Below, in pieces: positions 10,384 through 20,247 of a stretch of 64,000 bases of DNA. Position 1 is the stretch's first letter. Each line of letters opens with the position of its first letter. The translations under genes were made by a program, and so were the position numbers. This stretch comes from Candidatus Bathyarchaeota archaeon (GTDB lineage: Archaea; Thermoproteota; Bathyarchaeia; Bathyarchaeales; Bathycorpusculaceae): positions 1-64,000 of the forward strand of contig CAVRFW010000002.1 in assembly GCA_963720565.1 (NCBI GenBank). The letters are read 5' to 3'. The notes below the pieces were generated by a model. It was not told the DNA's origin and ran no database searches. It saw nothing but the letters and a program-made list of their open reading frames with translations.

Positions 10384-10632
10384 TTATCGGTTAGCTGCTC
10401 GTCTGATTTCTTCTTTTGCTTTGTTGAACGCGTTCTTAATTTCTTCGGAAGCTATCAAGAACCCTTTTTCCAGCTGTTTTTCCATTTCCGAAAACATTTC
10501 TCCATAAGGCATGGAAACCTTGGCTTCTTCGCCTTTTGCCGTTTTCACCCCGCAATTGGGGCAAAAATAAGCGTTTTCAGGAAGCTCTTTACCGCATTTA
10601 GAACAGAAAACCATACTTTTCACCAACACCAC
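10384..10632 (-). CDS. Zinc-ribbon domain protein
   Basis: FCSKCGKELPENAYFCPNCG plus helical tail. Confidence 0.85.
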   Translation of the reverse strand: MVLVKSMVFCSKCGKELPENAYFCPNCGVKTAKGEEAKVSMPYGEMFSEMEKQLEKGFLIASEEIKNAFNKAKEEIRRAANR

Positions 10633-11121
10633 AAAAGAAAAAAGAGTTACTTAAAGTTATACACTATCTGCGAATTGCAGCCAGTATAGCCCACATATTT
10701 GGATTCTAGGATTATTCCAGTAAATATTTCATTCATAGCACATCCAAAAGCTCACTCTATTATTCCAAACGCGGGCTAAAACTAGAAAAAAGAAAGTGTG
10801 GGAAGACTTACTCTTCATCCTCGCAGTCGTCACAGTCGCAGTCTTCGCAATCCTCTTCTTCCATAACGAATATTCTCGTTTTCATTTTAAAAACCAACAA
10901 AGGGTAACACTTCAGACCTATAAGTTTTGCCCAAGGTTACAGCAATCTCTGAAACCCAAACTTCCTCGAGATTTTAGACGGAACTCAGGTTTAATCAGTG
11001 GCTCCTCATCAGATGCATGTGGCAAAATGTGCGCTCCATTATTTCAGGAAGCGTGTTGCTATAGCTGAGGTTTTACTAGAAAAAGAGGTTACAAAAGAAT
11101 CTTGTGTTAGACAGGAAAGGT

Positions 11122-11919
11122 CTAACCAAGTTCCATTTCTTGTATGAAGGTCCCGTGCCACGTGTGGTACCAGATCTGTCCAGTGTAGCTGTTTACGCTC
11201 AGCATCCCATAGACGTTGCCTGCTGGAGAAAGAACTTCAAGGTGGTAGTAACCGTAGAACGCTTGAGCATCATCTGCAGTTGTACCGGGATAGTACGCGT
11301 TAAGATACTGCTGTGCGTTCGCCTTGGCTTGTTCAGCCGTTACCGTTGCTGCAGTTGCTTGTGTTCCGGTGAGCCAGCCCATCATTCCATTATGCATACC
11401 GTACTTCGTGTTCCACATCATGTTAGGACCCATCTCAGGGGTAACCACTCCGCTGTATTTGTCAACCAATAGCTCGAAAGCGCCTATTCCAGTGTCTTTC
11501 TCCCTAACTAAGACATAGAAGTTCAAAGTGTATTCTTCGACTTGTGACACCGCTAGGTTTGTGTTGCCAGTTGATGCCACATGATTCCGGGCGATGGTGA
11601 CTGCAGTATTAATGTCCAGTGGATTCGCAGATGGTGGATTAGTGTAGGTTGGTGTACCGTAGCCATAACCTGTTCTCATGCCTCCGCAACTTCTTCCGCT
11701 CATCATTCCGCGACCTCCCATTATTCCACCATAGTAGACACCATAGGTTGGTGACCCATAAGATGGCGATCCAATAGGATTGTTCGGGTATGTTCCAGCA
11801 GATATCGTGTTCGGAGCGTAGTATCCTGGCCTAGCCATGTAAGCGAAGACTGTGGCTGTTGCCAATGCGACAGCTGTGACTGCTAAGATTACGATTCCAA
11901 TTATTTTCAGGGTTCTCAT
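11122..11919 (-). CDS. Secreted Gly/Met-rich protein with PepSY-like repeats
   Basis: Signal peptide; GGIMGGRGMM; FELLVDKYSG..PEMGPNMMWNTKYGM; MLSVNSYTGQIWYHTWHG. Confidence 0.75.
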   Translation of the reverse strand: MRTLKIIGIVILAVTAVALATATVFAYMARPGYYAPNTISAGTYPNNPIGSPSYGSPTYGVYYGGIMGGRGMMSGRSCGGMRTGYGYGTPTYTNPPSANPLDINTAVTIARNHVASTGNTNLAVSQVEEYTLNFYVLVREKDTGIGAFELLVDKYSGVVTPEMGPNMMWNTKYGMHNGMMGWLTGTQATAATVTAEQAKANAQQYLNAYYPGTTADDAQAFYGYYHLEVLSPAGNVYGMLSVNSYTGQIWYHTWHGTFIQEMELG

Positions 11920-11969
11920 TCAATTCACCTCTGCAAACCTAAAGGCTTCCGAGTTGTATAGAGGTTGGC

Positions 11970-12026
11970 TGAAACAAAACTGAAACAGTTCTTTGAAACA
12001 GTTTTGACCATGGAACCCAATGAAAC
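11970..12026. promoter_or_regulatory. TGAAAC direct repeats between divergent genes (candidate operator)
   Basis: TGAAAC at 11970, 11981, 11994, 12021; TGGAAC at 12011. Confidence 0.55.
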
Positions 12027-12080
12027 TAAGTCAGGCTATGGCGAGTAACCTTTAATTCACTGCCTACAGGGTAACTAGTT

Positions 12081-12722
12081 ATGGAAAGGTTGAAACTTTT
12101 CATTCTCGTTCTAACGATAGCAATAGGTGTTCTCCTCATTCTTGTTAGTGTGAGCTGGTATCTAGCGATAACATCTCAAGCCTACTATCAGTCAAGCTGG
12201 ATGGGGCAGATGTGGGAAGGGATGATAGACAGAGGTGGAATGATGGGAGGAACTGGCAGCTCAGCATATTTGTGGTTGATTCCTGTTGGATTGATCGCGG
12301 CAGTCATTCTCTCAGTTATAGGCGTTTCCTTTTATCTAGTATTCCCAGAGATCAGATCTTCCAAGCGTACATGTGCACCGCCAAAGACTGAGCAGGTTCA
12401 AACCGTTGCTGACTCCATTGATACCGGCAGCAAGGCAGTAACCGATTCAAATTCCAATCCGATTGCGTGCGAGGTACTGTTGAAGACAATGACCCCTGAA
12501 GAACAAAAAGTCCTAAACGTTCTGCGCGTACACAAGGGAACATACCTGCAGAAGTACATCGGAAAAGAAGCAGGTCTAAACAGACTTCAGACTCATCGAA
12601 TCATAGCTCGCTTTGCCCAACGGGGCATTGTAACAGCTAAACCATTTGGAAACACCAATGAAATATCGCTTTCAGACTGGATCAGCCAAATCTCCGAGGT
12701 GCAAAACTTAAACAAGCCTTAG
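12081..12722 (+). CDS. Membrane-tethered winged-HTH regulator
   Basis: Two TM helices with a GGMMGG loop; C-terminal TPEEQKVL..Q..I.KEAGLNRLQTHRIIARFAQRGIV..GNTNEI. Confidence 0.8.
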   Translation: MERLKLFILVLTIAIGVLLILVSVSWYLAITSQAYYQSSWMGQMWEGMIDRGGMMGGTGSSAYLWLIPVGLIAAVILSVIGVSFYLVFPEIRSSKRTCAPPKTEQVQTVADSIDTGSKAVTDSNSNPIACEVLLKTMTPEEQKVLNVLRVHKGTYLQKYIGKEAGLNRLQTHRIIARFAQRGIVTAKPFGNTNEISLSDWISQISEVQNLNKP

Positions 12723-12780
12723 CTAGCGTCTATTGAGAAGAGAAGCTTCATTGGGCAGAGTTTGATAGTTAATTGGTGAA

Positions 12781-12966
12781 TTAGCGCACTTTTCGGTATC
12801 GTTCTTTTTTGAACTGCAGAGTGAAACTGTGTTTTCCCTGCCTTGAGTAATCTCTGAATTTGGTTTTGCATTTGTCGCATATGTAGGCGTTAACGGTAAA
12901 CTGGCTGTATTGCCACTTCTTGTTGGGTTTGTCAATTTCATTTTGACAGTTCGGACATTTTGTCAT
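12781..12966 (-). CDS. Small basic zinc-ribbon protein
   Basis: MTKCPNC..KPNKKWQY..YICDKCKTKFR. Confidence 0.7.
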   Translation of the reverse strand: MTKCPNCQNEIDKPNKKWQYSQFTVNAYICDKCKTKFRDYSRQGKHSFTLQFKKERYRKVR

Positions 12967-13187
12967 AACATCAAGATTCGATTAGGGCTTTTCTCAATTT
13001 AAGATTTTTTGAAAATGGGAAGCGCTATTATTACTCCTATCCCGCAATGTGCGCTAGCTAATTTATGAATGCCCGGAAGAATTCACTAAGGTAACTGTGA
13101 ACCTGAGCTTTGAGAAATCGTTCTTCATAGGAGCAGCCACGGCAGGGAGCAAACGCCACTTAGTTGATGCTTTTGCGCGATTGGATT

Positions 13188-13301
13188 TTAGATGAATCCT
13201 AAGTCGTGCAAAGCATTTATTGCCAGCAAGGTTGTGGTAACGGAAATCACCAAGAAAGTTACAAAGAGAGACACATACTGTTTCTTATCCAGATTAATCA
13301 C
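13188..13301 (-). CDS. Putative single-TM peptide
   Basis: DKKQYVSLFVTFLVISVTTTLLAINALHDLGFI* after a GGAGTGA SD. Confidence 0.35.
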   Translation of the reverse strand: MINLDKKQYVSLFVTFLVISVTTTLLAINALHDLGFI

Positions 13302-13462
13302 TCCGTTTTTATGTGGGGTAGGGGCTCCATCCATTCTCCTCATGGGATATGCGTGTCGAAAGCGGTTTTAAAGGGATATTTCGATTCCGTATTATATCTT
13401 GAGACGCGTTAAACCATCAAGACACATCATTTCTGACAAAGAGAAATGGAGGCACAGATAAA

Positions 13463-13714
13463 CTAGCCCCTCTCCTTTCCTTTTCTTTCCTTGTGATTCC
13501 GAATAATCTCTTCTTCGAGCTCTTTCCTTTCAGACCCACTCCAAATTTTCCCTTTGCACATAGGGCATGCAACCGGGTAAACCTTAAGATGCTCCATCAA
13601 TTGCAGTTGACAAAAAAAGCACAAGTAAATCTTGCATTTGTAACAAAAACCGTAACCTCCACCTATGCTTCTTCCACAAGAATCACAAAGCCGAGATAAG
13701 TCTACGCTCTCCAT
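13463..13714 (-). CDS. Cys-rich zinc-finger protein
   Basis: Four CxxC pairs. Confidence 0.7.
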   Translation of the reverse strand: MESVDLSRLCDSCGRSIGGGYGFCYKCKIYLCFFCQLQLMEHLKVYPVACPMCKGKIWSGSERKELEEEIIRNHKERKGKERG

Positions 13715-13869
13715 AAAAATCTGAGCAACTGCCCGAAAATAAAAAACCGGTTACATGAAAGACCCTAATGCACTCCGGAGAGTTCTGTGAAAGTGATTGG
13801 CGTATTACTGGCTGGAATTTAAATACAGACTGCACCTAAGAGAAGATGTGCAAATAAACCTGAAAGGAG

Positions 13870-14172
13870 GTGAAAGAGTTGAGAACTGGAAAACCAGCAA
13901 TGGGAGAAATCGTAGTTTATCTTGCCAGAAACATGCGGGGCGGTCACAGGCATATTTTCACTGAAGAGCCCGATTTGAGACACCCTGAAGACGCATCGTT
14001 TAACGACGCTGTTTCTTCATTTGTAATATTGAAGGGAGTATGGAAACTGTATAGAGACGCAAACTACCTGAACGCGTATGATGACGAATTCGGACCTGGC
14101 GTGTATGATTGGGTGGAAAGCTATGGCATTAGGAACGACGAAATGTCCTCTCTTAAGTGCATAAGACCTTAG
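13870..14172 (+). CDS. Single-domain beta/gamma-crystallin protein
   Basis: Two Greek-key motifs ending FNDAVSSFVI..GVWKLYRDANY and NDEMSSLK. Confidence 0.85.
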   Translation: MKELRTGKPAMGEIVVYLARNMRGGHRHIFTEEPDLRHPEDASFNDAVSSFVILKGVWKLYRDANYLNAYDDEFGPGVYDWVESYGIRNDEMSSLKCIRP

Positions 14173-14394
14173 ATGCAACTGGTGCCTTGCTTTCTGACTA
14201 ACATCTTTGACTCTGCAATTCCCTGATTTACCGCCTCCATTTTCTTTCATCATAACCAAGTCGTCACGACAAAAGTGGTAGCGAGAGAGAGCGTGCGAAT
14301 GACCACATAGTTTTGCAGGATAAACATGTCGCAATCGGAAATAACCAGTTAATACTCAGTTGCAAACTGTTGACTAGAAAGGGAGGAGGCTACC

Positions 14395-14745
14395 ACGCTA
14401 AAAGTCAAGCCTTATCCTAGCTTGGCGCTCTTTTTCATGGGATACTTGGATTGGCTGACGACCATAATTGGAATCGCCTATTTCGGAGCTGTGGAAAGCA
14501 ACCCGTTGATGGCGCAGTTAACCGTAACAAACCTCGCGGCGTTTACGGCTGTAAAACTCACGACAGCGATATTCGTGGGCTTGTTGGCCTATCAGGGAGA
14601 GAAAATGCTTCAAAGATTAAAAGACAAAACCAGCAAATCCTTTCTGCGCGCTCGTCTTACCCTTAGAGCGGGATATGTAATTGCCACAACGGTTCTCTTA
14701 ATCACTATCCTCAACAACCTAATCGTAGTTGCCAAAGCCATATGA
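14395..14745 (+). CDS. DUF5658-like membrane protein, probable ACG start
   Basis: DWLTT.IG...GAVESNPLM; paralog at 63513..63863. Confidence 0.75.
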   Translation, partial: TLKVKPYPSLALFFMGYLDWLTTIIGIAYFGAVESNPLMAQLTVTNLAAFTAVKLTTAIFVGLLAYQGEKMLQRLKDKTSKSFLRARLTLRAGYVIATTVLLITILNNLIVVAKAI

Positions 14746-14888
14746 AATGAAAGGTTCTTCTTTTACATTTCTCCAATCATGTTGCGATCATCTCGAGCAT
14801 TTCAATGGGCTTACGCCTCATTTTGAAATTTGCCAACCAAGGCGTGTCCTTTTTATTTCAGATGTGGATATTCAAATTTGGCGGGATT

Positions 14889-15527
14889 ATGATCAATCCA
14901 GTTCTTAAAGCAATCAGAGACCGAAGAAGCAACGTCCGGTTCAATTCGACTCCGATAGAAAATGAGAAAGTAAACGCGGTTTTGGAGGCGGGCAGGTGGG
15001 CACCCTCATGGACAAATGTGCAGCCTTGGAGATTCATAGTAGTAAAGGACCAGGAAAAAAAGGAAAGAATGAGCAGCGCCGTCTCAACATTCTTCAGTTT
15101 AGCCGTAAAGGAAGCCCCCACTGTCATTGCCGTCTGCGTTAACCCGGAGAAAGACCCCTTCCACTTTATCGAAGACGGGACAACAGCAACTCAGAACATG
15201 GCTCTAGCGGCCCAAAGCATAGAATTGAGCACAAGCTGGATCGGAGTTTTCTCCCTCCATGACGAGAAGCACTCCACCGAAAGAAAACTCAAAGAAATAC
15301 TAGACATTCCCAAAGAATGGCGACTAATATCACTATTGCCCTTAGGATTCTCCGCAATGAAGGAAACAAAAACGCGAAAAGAACTCTCTGACATAGTAGA
15401 ATTTGACTGCTTCACAACCAGAGACGAATACAAGTCAGAGTTGGAAGCAATCAATAAGCCCTCAACCGAAACACAAAGAATTCTTGAGCCAGTATCTGTA
15501 CGCGATATACAACGCGGGACTGTTTAA
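14889..15527 (+). CDS. Nitroreductase family protein
   Basis: AIRDRRS, WAPSWTNVQPWRFIVV, QNMALAA. Confidence 0.9.
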   Translation: MINPVLKAIRDRRSNVRFNSTPIENEKVNAVLEAGRWAPSWTNVQPWRFIVVKDQEKKERMSSAVSTFFSLAVKEAPTVIAVCVNPEKDPFHFIEDGTTATQNMALAAQSIELSTSWIGVFSLHDEKHSTERKLKEILDIPKEWRLISLLPLGFSAMKETKTRKELSDIVEFDCFTTRDEYKSELEAINKPSTETQRILEPVSVRDIQRGTV

Positions 15528-15642
15528 GGGCAAATCCAAAAAAATCGCCCTCATTTATTACCACTAGGCTACATTCATCTACCAATTATTCACTTAATAT
15601 CATAAGATGTTCTAGCGCAATGACTCCGATGCGGGCTCTTCG

Positions 15643-15996
15643 CTAGGCTATTCTCTCCGCCTCTTTGAGTAGTCTAACAAGTTCGGATTCATTAAAATCG
15701 TCCATGTTTCTTACCTCAACATGCCTCAAGTCCCTTCTCGTACCACTTCCCTTCAAAAGATGTGACGCACATTTCGCTCCACATAAAAACAGCAAGTCAA
15801 CGTGAGACTGGGCAGGTCTTATCGACAAGAAGTCTCTATTATTCAAAACGTACGTTATTCTCCCACGCCTAACAATCTCAGTCGCATCAGGAATTGTATT
15901 TTTCACTATGCCACGAAACTTTTCAGTTATCGCTTTCTTTTCCAGTTCGAGACTGCCTAAAATTTCGTCCACAGTCTTTAATTTACTCTTTACCAT
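15643..15996 (-). CDS. DUF1801 (YdhG-like) protein
   Basis: TVDEIL..IPDATEIV..HVDLLF..LLKGSG..LRHVEV. Confidence 0.75.
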   Translation of the reverse strand: MVKSKLKTVDEILGSLELEKKAITEKFRGIVKNTIPDATEIVRRGRITYVLNNRDFLSIRPAQSHVDLLFLCGAKCASHLLKGSGTRRDLRHVEVRNMDDFNESELVRLLKEAERIA

Positions 15997-16454
15997 AAAC
16001 AGATGTTAGGTGTTTGAGGTTCATATTATTTTTGCTCGCCCGCGTTTTGTTTTTGCGCGTGTTGCATACCTGTTGTACATCTGGAATATTACGATGTGAG
16101 AACACGACTATTAAAGCAAAACAGCCATACCCAAAACAACAAGGGGAAAACCAAGGCATGTTCAGATTCAGAGCAAAAAAAGGTCAAGCAACCAAAAAAT
16201 GGCACGCAAAGGCAATGCTAATCGACCCGAAAAAAACTAAACTGACAATCATCGGCTCAGAGACAGATTACGCGTTGCTTGAGCAATTCTAAAACCTAGT
16301 GCGCTACTGCTTGGTTTCATCGGGGAGAAACGAGGAGAAAGGAGAAGGCTTCCCCTACCTCCAATAACCACATAACAGTCTAGCACGCTAAACCTGTTTT
16401 CTAAATTCATAATTCATAAAAAGCACACGCTAACCACTGTTCATACGAACTAAA

Positions 16455-16976
16455 ATGTTTGGAAAAAGCAAAAGACAGATTGAGAATGTAACGTTCGTGC
16501 AACCACGAAAAGGCGAGGCATACTTCTACACTCCGATAGCATACGCCACTACCTTGAAGACTTCCAAAGAAAAACAAGGAAAACAAGTTTTCACTGATGC
16601 TGACTTAGCACTCGCTGGCAAGCTGAAGCTTATTTTTGAACGCGAAAAAATGACTTGGTTGGAAATCAAAGAGGAAACATCAACAACGCAATCAGAAGAT
16701 GAACGCTTGTTCGCACTTTATTATTACCCCCATCGTTTAGTAGCAAGCCGGGCATCCTTTTCCGAAGAGAAGGCAACATTGCAGGACATAAAAAAAATGT
16801 TTGACTTTATTGTGACCAAAGAACAGACAAGACTTGCAGAGGTTCGAAAACCGCAATCGCCGTCAGCCTACGGGTCCCTGGCAGAAGAATCAGGTGAAGA
16901 ATCGGAAGCTACTCCCATGGTAGTCAACGCCGCAGGATACCCCGAACAGGAAATACAAGAAGAACTCCAAAGCTAA
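16455..16976 (+). CDS. Hypothetical protein
   Basis: 173-aa ORF with an acidic tail. Confidence 0.6.
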   Translation: MFGKSKRQIENVTFVQPRKGEAYFYTPIAYATTLKTSKEKQGKQVFTDADLALAGKLKLIFEREKMTWLEIKEETSTTQSEDERLFALYYYPHRLVASRASFSEEKATLQDIKKMFDFIVTKEQTRLAEVRKPQSPSAYGSLAEESGEESEATPMVVNAAGYPEQEIQEELQS

Positions 16977-17046
16977 AGCGCACGCAATTCGCCTTTCAAA
17001 AATTATGCATCTGGCTGATTAAACAAAAAAAGGGAAAAGCTGTAGC

Positions 17047-17886
17047 CTAAGCTTCTTCTGTCTCTTCCGGTTGCTCTCGTTGTTTTTGCGCTCGTTTTCT
17101 TGCGTCGCTACTATTTATCGAAGCCATGGCCGCTAACCCTCCTGCGCCAACTTTCTTCAGAGTCTCCGCCGGTAACGCAAAGATGATCGTGTTGCTCTGG
17201 TCCTTGCTAACCTGTTTGATAGTCTCCAAAATTCTCAACTGCAAAGCGTCATTTTCGGCCAAGATCGCGGCTGCTTTCTGAAGGTTTGAAGCAGCCTCCA
17301 ACTCAGCCCCAGACTTGATAACAATTGCCCTGGACTCGCGCTCCGACTCAGCCTGAACAGCAAAAGCCCGCTGCATGTTCTGCGGCAAATTAATCTCCTG
17401 CAACTCAGTTCTCGCTATATCGATCCCCCATTGCTGCGCCAACTCGTCAATTATACTCTTTATAGAAGCAGCGATCTTGTCTCGACTAGACAACAACTCG
17501 TCAAGCTTGTATTGCCCAACTATGTTTCTCATCGATGTTTGCGCATATTTCGTTACGGCTTCTTTGTAGTTCACGACATTCAAAATTACTTTCTCAGGGT
17601 TTTCCACTTTCATGAAAACAACTGCGTCCAAGCCAACTGAAATGCTGTCCTTGGTTATTGCAGACTGCCCTTTCAAGTCTAAGGTTTGCATTCGCATGTC
17701 AACTCGATAGAGCGTGTCAACAAAGGGAACTTTGAAGTTTATCCCGGTGCTGGCGATTTTAGTGATTTTTCCGAATCTGAGGACAGCGACTTTTTCCCAT
17801 TGCTTAACTATGTAGAATCCTAATGTGGTTATGTAGAAGACAACGAGTGCTGCAAAAGCAATCAGTACTATCTCTAGTGGGTCCAT
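17047..17886 (-). CDS. SPFH/band 7 (stomatin-like) protein
   Basis: N-terminal TM; VKQWEKVAVLRFG, ITKDSISVGLDAVV, QAESERESRA, ALQLRILE. Confidence 0.92.
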   Translation of the reverse strand: MDPLEIVLIAFAALVVFYITTLGFYIVKQWEKVAVLRFGKITKIASTGINFKVPFVDTLYRVDMRMQTLDLKGQSAITKDSISVGLDAVVFMKVENPEKVILNVVNYKEAVTKYAQTSMRNIVGQYKLDELLSSRDKIAASIKSIIDELAQQWGIDIARTELQEINLPQNMQRAFAVQAESERESRAIVIKSGAELEAASNLQKAAAILAENDALQLRILETIKQVSKDQSNTIIFALPAETLKKVGAGGLAAMASINSSDARKRAQKQREQPEETEEA

Positions 17887-17985
17887 TCTTTTTTTACCCT
17901 CCAATAGAGCATATTGTCGAATGCTACTATTAAATTCCAATTCATGTCAGAACTGGCGTAGTGATAGCTGACGGCAGAAAACAGT

Positions 17986-18666
17986 TTATCCGATTTTCTT
18001 TTCGACTTTCGGGATGAGCTGAAAGGCCAGTTCCCTTCCCCTTTTTGGAGCCAATAGAATAGCCTCGCTTTTTCTCAGACAGTACGTTATTTGCCGCGCA
18101 GTTCTTAATGGGATCTTGGCTAATTTAGATAGTTCTTTGTTGGTAAAAACTTGATTTAGGCTGTCGGGCAATATTTTAAGATAATCGGTCTTGCTTTGGA
18201 ATAGGATTCGACTGTTTACCTGCAATAGTCTTCTTTCTTTGATGCTAACGCCTCTTCTTCTCCAGCTTCCTTTTCCATCGTTGCACCTTACCTCTTCTTC
18301 ATCGATTAGAAGTACTTCCAGAGAAAAGTTTTCATCTCCAACAACATGTGAGATCATGACCAGCTCGCGAAACAAGTCTATTAGTCTTCCTTTCTTTGGG
18401 GATTTACGTCTACTTATGACCAGGTTTTCTTTTGTAAGGTAGATTATCCATTTCTTTTCCGTCAGAGGATAGACTAATCTGACTCTATGTTTTTTAGTGA
18501 GCGCTTCGAGTTTCCCTTTAATGGCTGAAAAATTTTTGGTTTGTACTTCGATGACTAGATTTCCTCTCAATATGTCAACGACATAGTTGTCTAGTTTAAC
18601 CTCAAATTGATCTCCTGGAAGCGAGTAGACTTTTTTTGTTTCTGAATGAAGAGCGCGCTCGTTCAT
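17986..18666 (-). CDS. Conserved protein with PD-(D/E)XK-like nuclease motif and C-terminal wHTH
   Basis: NERALH..EV....YVVDI.....IEVQT; ARQITYCLRK. Confidence 0.65.
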   Translation of the reverse strand: MNERALHSETKKVYSLPGDQFEVKLDNYVVDILRGNLVIEVQTKNFSAIKGKLEALTKKHRVRLVYPLTEKKWIIYLTKENLVISRRKSPKKGRLIDLFRELVMISHVVGDENFSLEVLLIDEEEVRCNDGKGSWRRRGVSIKERRLLQVNSRILFQSKTDYLKILPDSLNQVFTNKELSKLAKIPLRTARQITYCLRKSEAILLAPKRGRELAFQLIPKVEKKIG

Positions 18667-18730
18667 TATTCTCTAGGAAGCTAATCGTCGGCTAATAAGG
18701 TTACTTTTTAAGCGTTTTGCATTCCGTGTT

Positions 18731-19045
18731 TTACAGTCCCCAGCTTTGTATAGCCGTTTGGTGAAGCGTGTCTTTCTTGCCCTTTTCTTTTTTCTTGGCA
18801 GCACCTTTGAACCTATTAATCTTAACGGTTGACCCTTCAACCGAAACCCAATGAGTACTGTTGAGGTTTCGGTGGTAAACAAACTTGGTCACTACCCGCT
18901 GCAGCTCCTGTGCATACAACTTTTCTGATTTAACGCTCAGCTTGTCACCAACCGGCACAACATTAACTTTAAGTTTCAACTGCAGAAAACTGGACAGGCG
19001 CTCTTTTTCGCTCTGCAAATCGCCCAAGTCCACACGGAGTTCCAC
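18731..19045 (-). CDS. Ribosomal protein eL22 (L22e)-like protein
   Basis: FLQLKLKVN / KLSVKSE / VTKFVYHRNL align by eye with eL22 FLQERIKVN / KITVTSE / TKKYLKKNNL. Confidence 0.55.
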   Translation of the reverse strand: MELRVDLGDLQSEKERLSSFLQLKLKVNVVPVGDKLSVKSEKLYAQELQRVVTKFVYHRNLNSTHWVSVEGSTVKINRFKGAAKKKEKGKKDTLHQTAIQSWGL

Positions 19046-19265
19046 TCGGCTTCTCCCCCTATTGGAATAGACTGTTCTGATATTAAAAAAGTGTGTTCAG
19101 CTAAGAGGCAGTCTTGGTCAAGAAAGAGAATTGAGCGAGAAACATCTACATTTGCCCCAATGAGCGCCAAGCATAGAACATTTTGCTGATGATCTATATT
19201 TGGAAACATTAGCAATAAAAAACAAGCATTTTATTCTTTGAAAACAGATTCGGTTCTCGGTCTAC

Positions 19266-19529
19266 ATGAAAGGAAGAAGATCCAAACTGGAGCTCTACGT
19301 TGACACAATTGAGGCCCTTGCAAGCAGTGGACCAATGCCAATGGCTCGTCTAACATTGAGAACAAAGATCAACAACAATCCCCTAAAGGCCATCATGTGT
19401 GACCTACTTGACAAGAAACTTGTCGAAGAAAGAGAAGTCAAGAAGAGAATTTTCTACGCTGCAACTCCTAAAGCAAGGACAGTTCTTTCGTACTTCAACC
19501 AACTAACCCAAATCCTTCCGCTTGCCTAA
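19266..19529 (+). CDS. Archaeal winged-HTH protein
   Basis: RRSKLELYVDTIEAL..YAATPKA. Confidence 0.8.
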   Translation: MKGRRSKLELYVDTIEALASSGPMPMARLTLRTKINNNPLKAIMCDLLDKKLVEEREVKKRIFYAATPKARTVLSYFNQLTQILPLA

Positions 19530-19716
19530 ACGCGCCCTCCATGGATGCTCTAAAACCTGCAAAAAGCCAGCTTCGACCTATGCCCCAAGTAATTGCTGCG
19601 AGAGAGGAGAGGGGGGAGAAGGTCATGGGTGGTGAAAAATCGAGGAGATCAATATTTTATTTCTTGTGTTTACCCCTCTCCATCACTCTCTGACTCTACT
19701 GTGTGGTTTTGGAGAA

Positions 19717-19751
19717 AAATAACTGTTTTTGAGAACCCAAATTCACCATTT
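19717..19751 (-). repeat. 35-bp perfect inverted repeat, copy 1
   Basis: Reverse complement of 22763-22797 (aaatggtgaatttgggttctcaaaaacagttattt). Confidence 0.85.
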
Positions 19752-20247
19752 CAGTCAAGTACACTTTGCAAGTGTCTAATCGAGATTGCGAAGCAGACTA
19801 ATCACGCACTTCAGCCCAGAAAAGCACTGTGAGTAGCGGATCTCCTTGCGTGTAATCCACCACGCCTTCAATGCCTTGACCAAAGTTTTTGAATCACTAT
19901 TCTCATAAGCACCCAAGTGCTTTGTATAGTCAGGATACACTTGCATGGCGGTGGAAATCCTTGGTTACTAAGACTTTGCTCTGCGGATGTGTTTACGAAG
20001 AAAACGAGTGGATGTTGGTACGAGTAAAAGAATGCGAGAAACACCACAAACAACGAACCAAAAGAAGAGAATATCGACCAAAAGCAGAATGCAATCGAAA
20101 CGACACCCGAGGCGAATAAGGGTCAAACCTCAAACAAAACCTCACCTAACAACTAAGAAAAACTTCAGCTAAAGACTAAGAGGAAAAGAGAGATTTGCCG
20201 GGGTATATTCACTTGACGATAGGTTCAAATTCCTGCATTTTTCGTTT

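Noticed and set aside
16321..16362. Purine/pyrimidine hairpin as an sRNA
   Set aside because: Short, low-complexity pairing that could be a terminator or chance
17986..18666. Nuclease-like gene as a defence system or transposase
   Set aside because: No partner methylase, ATPase or terminal repeats nearby
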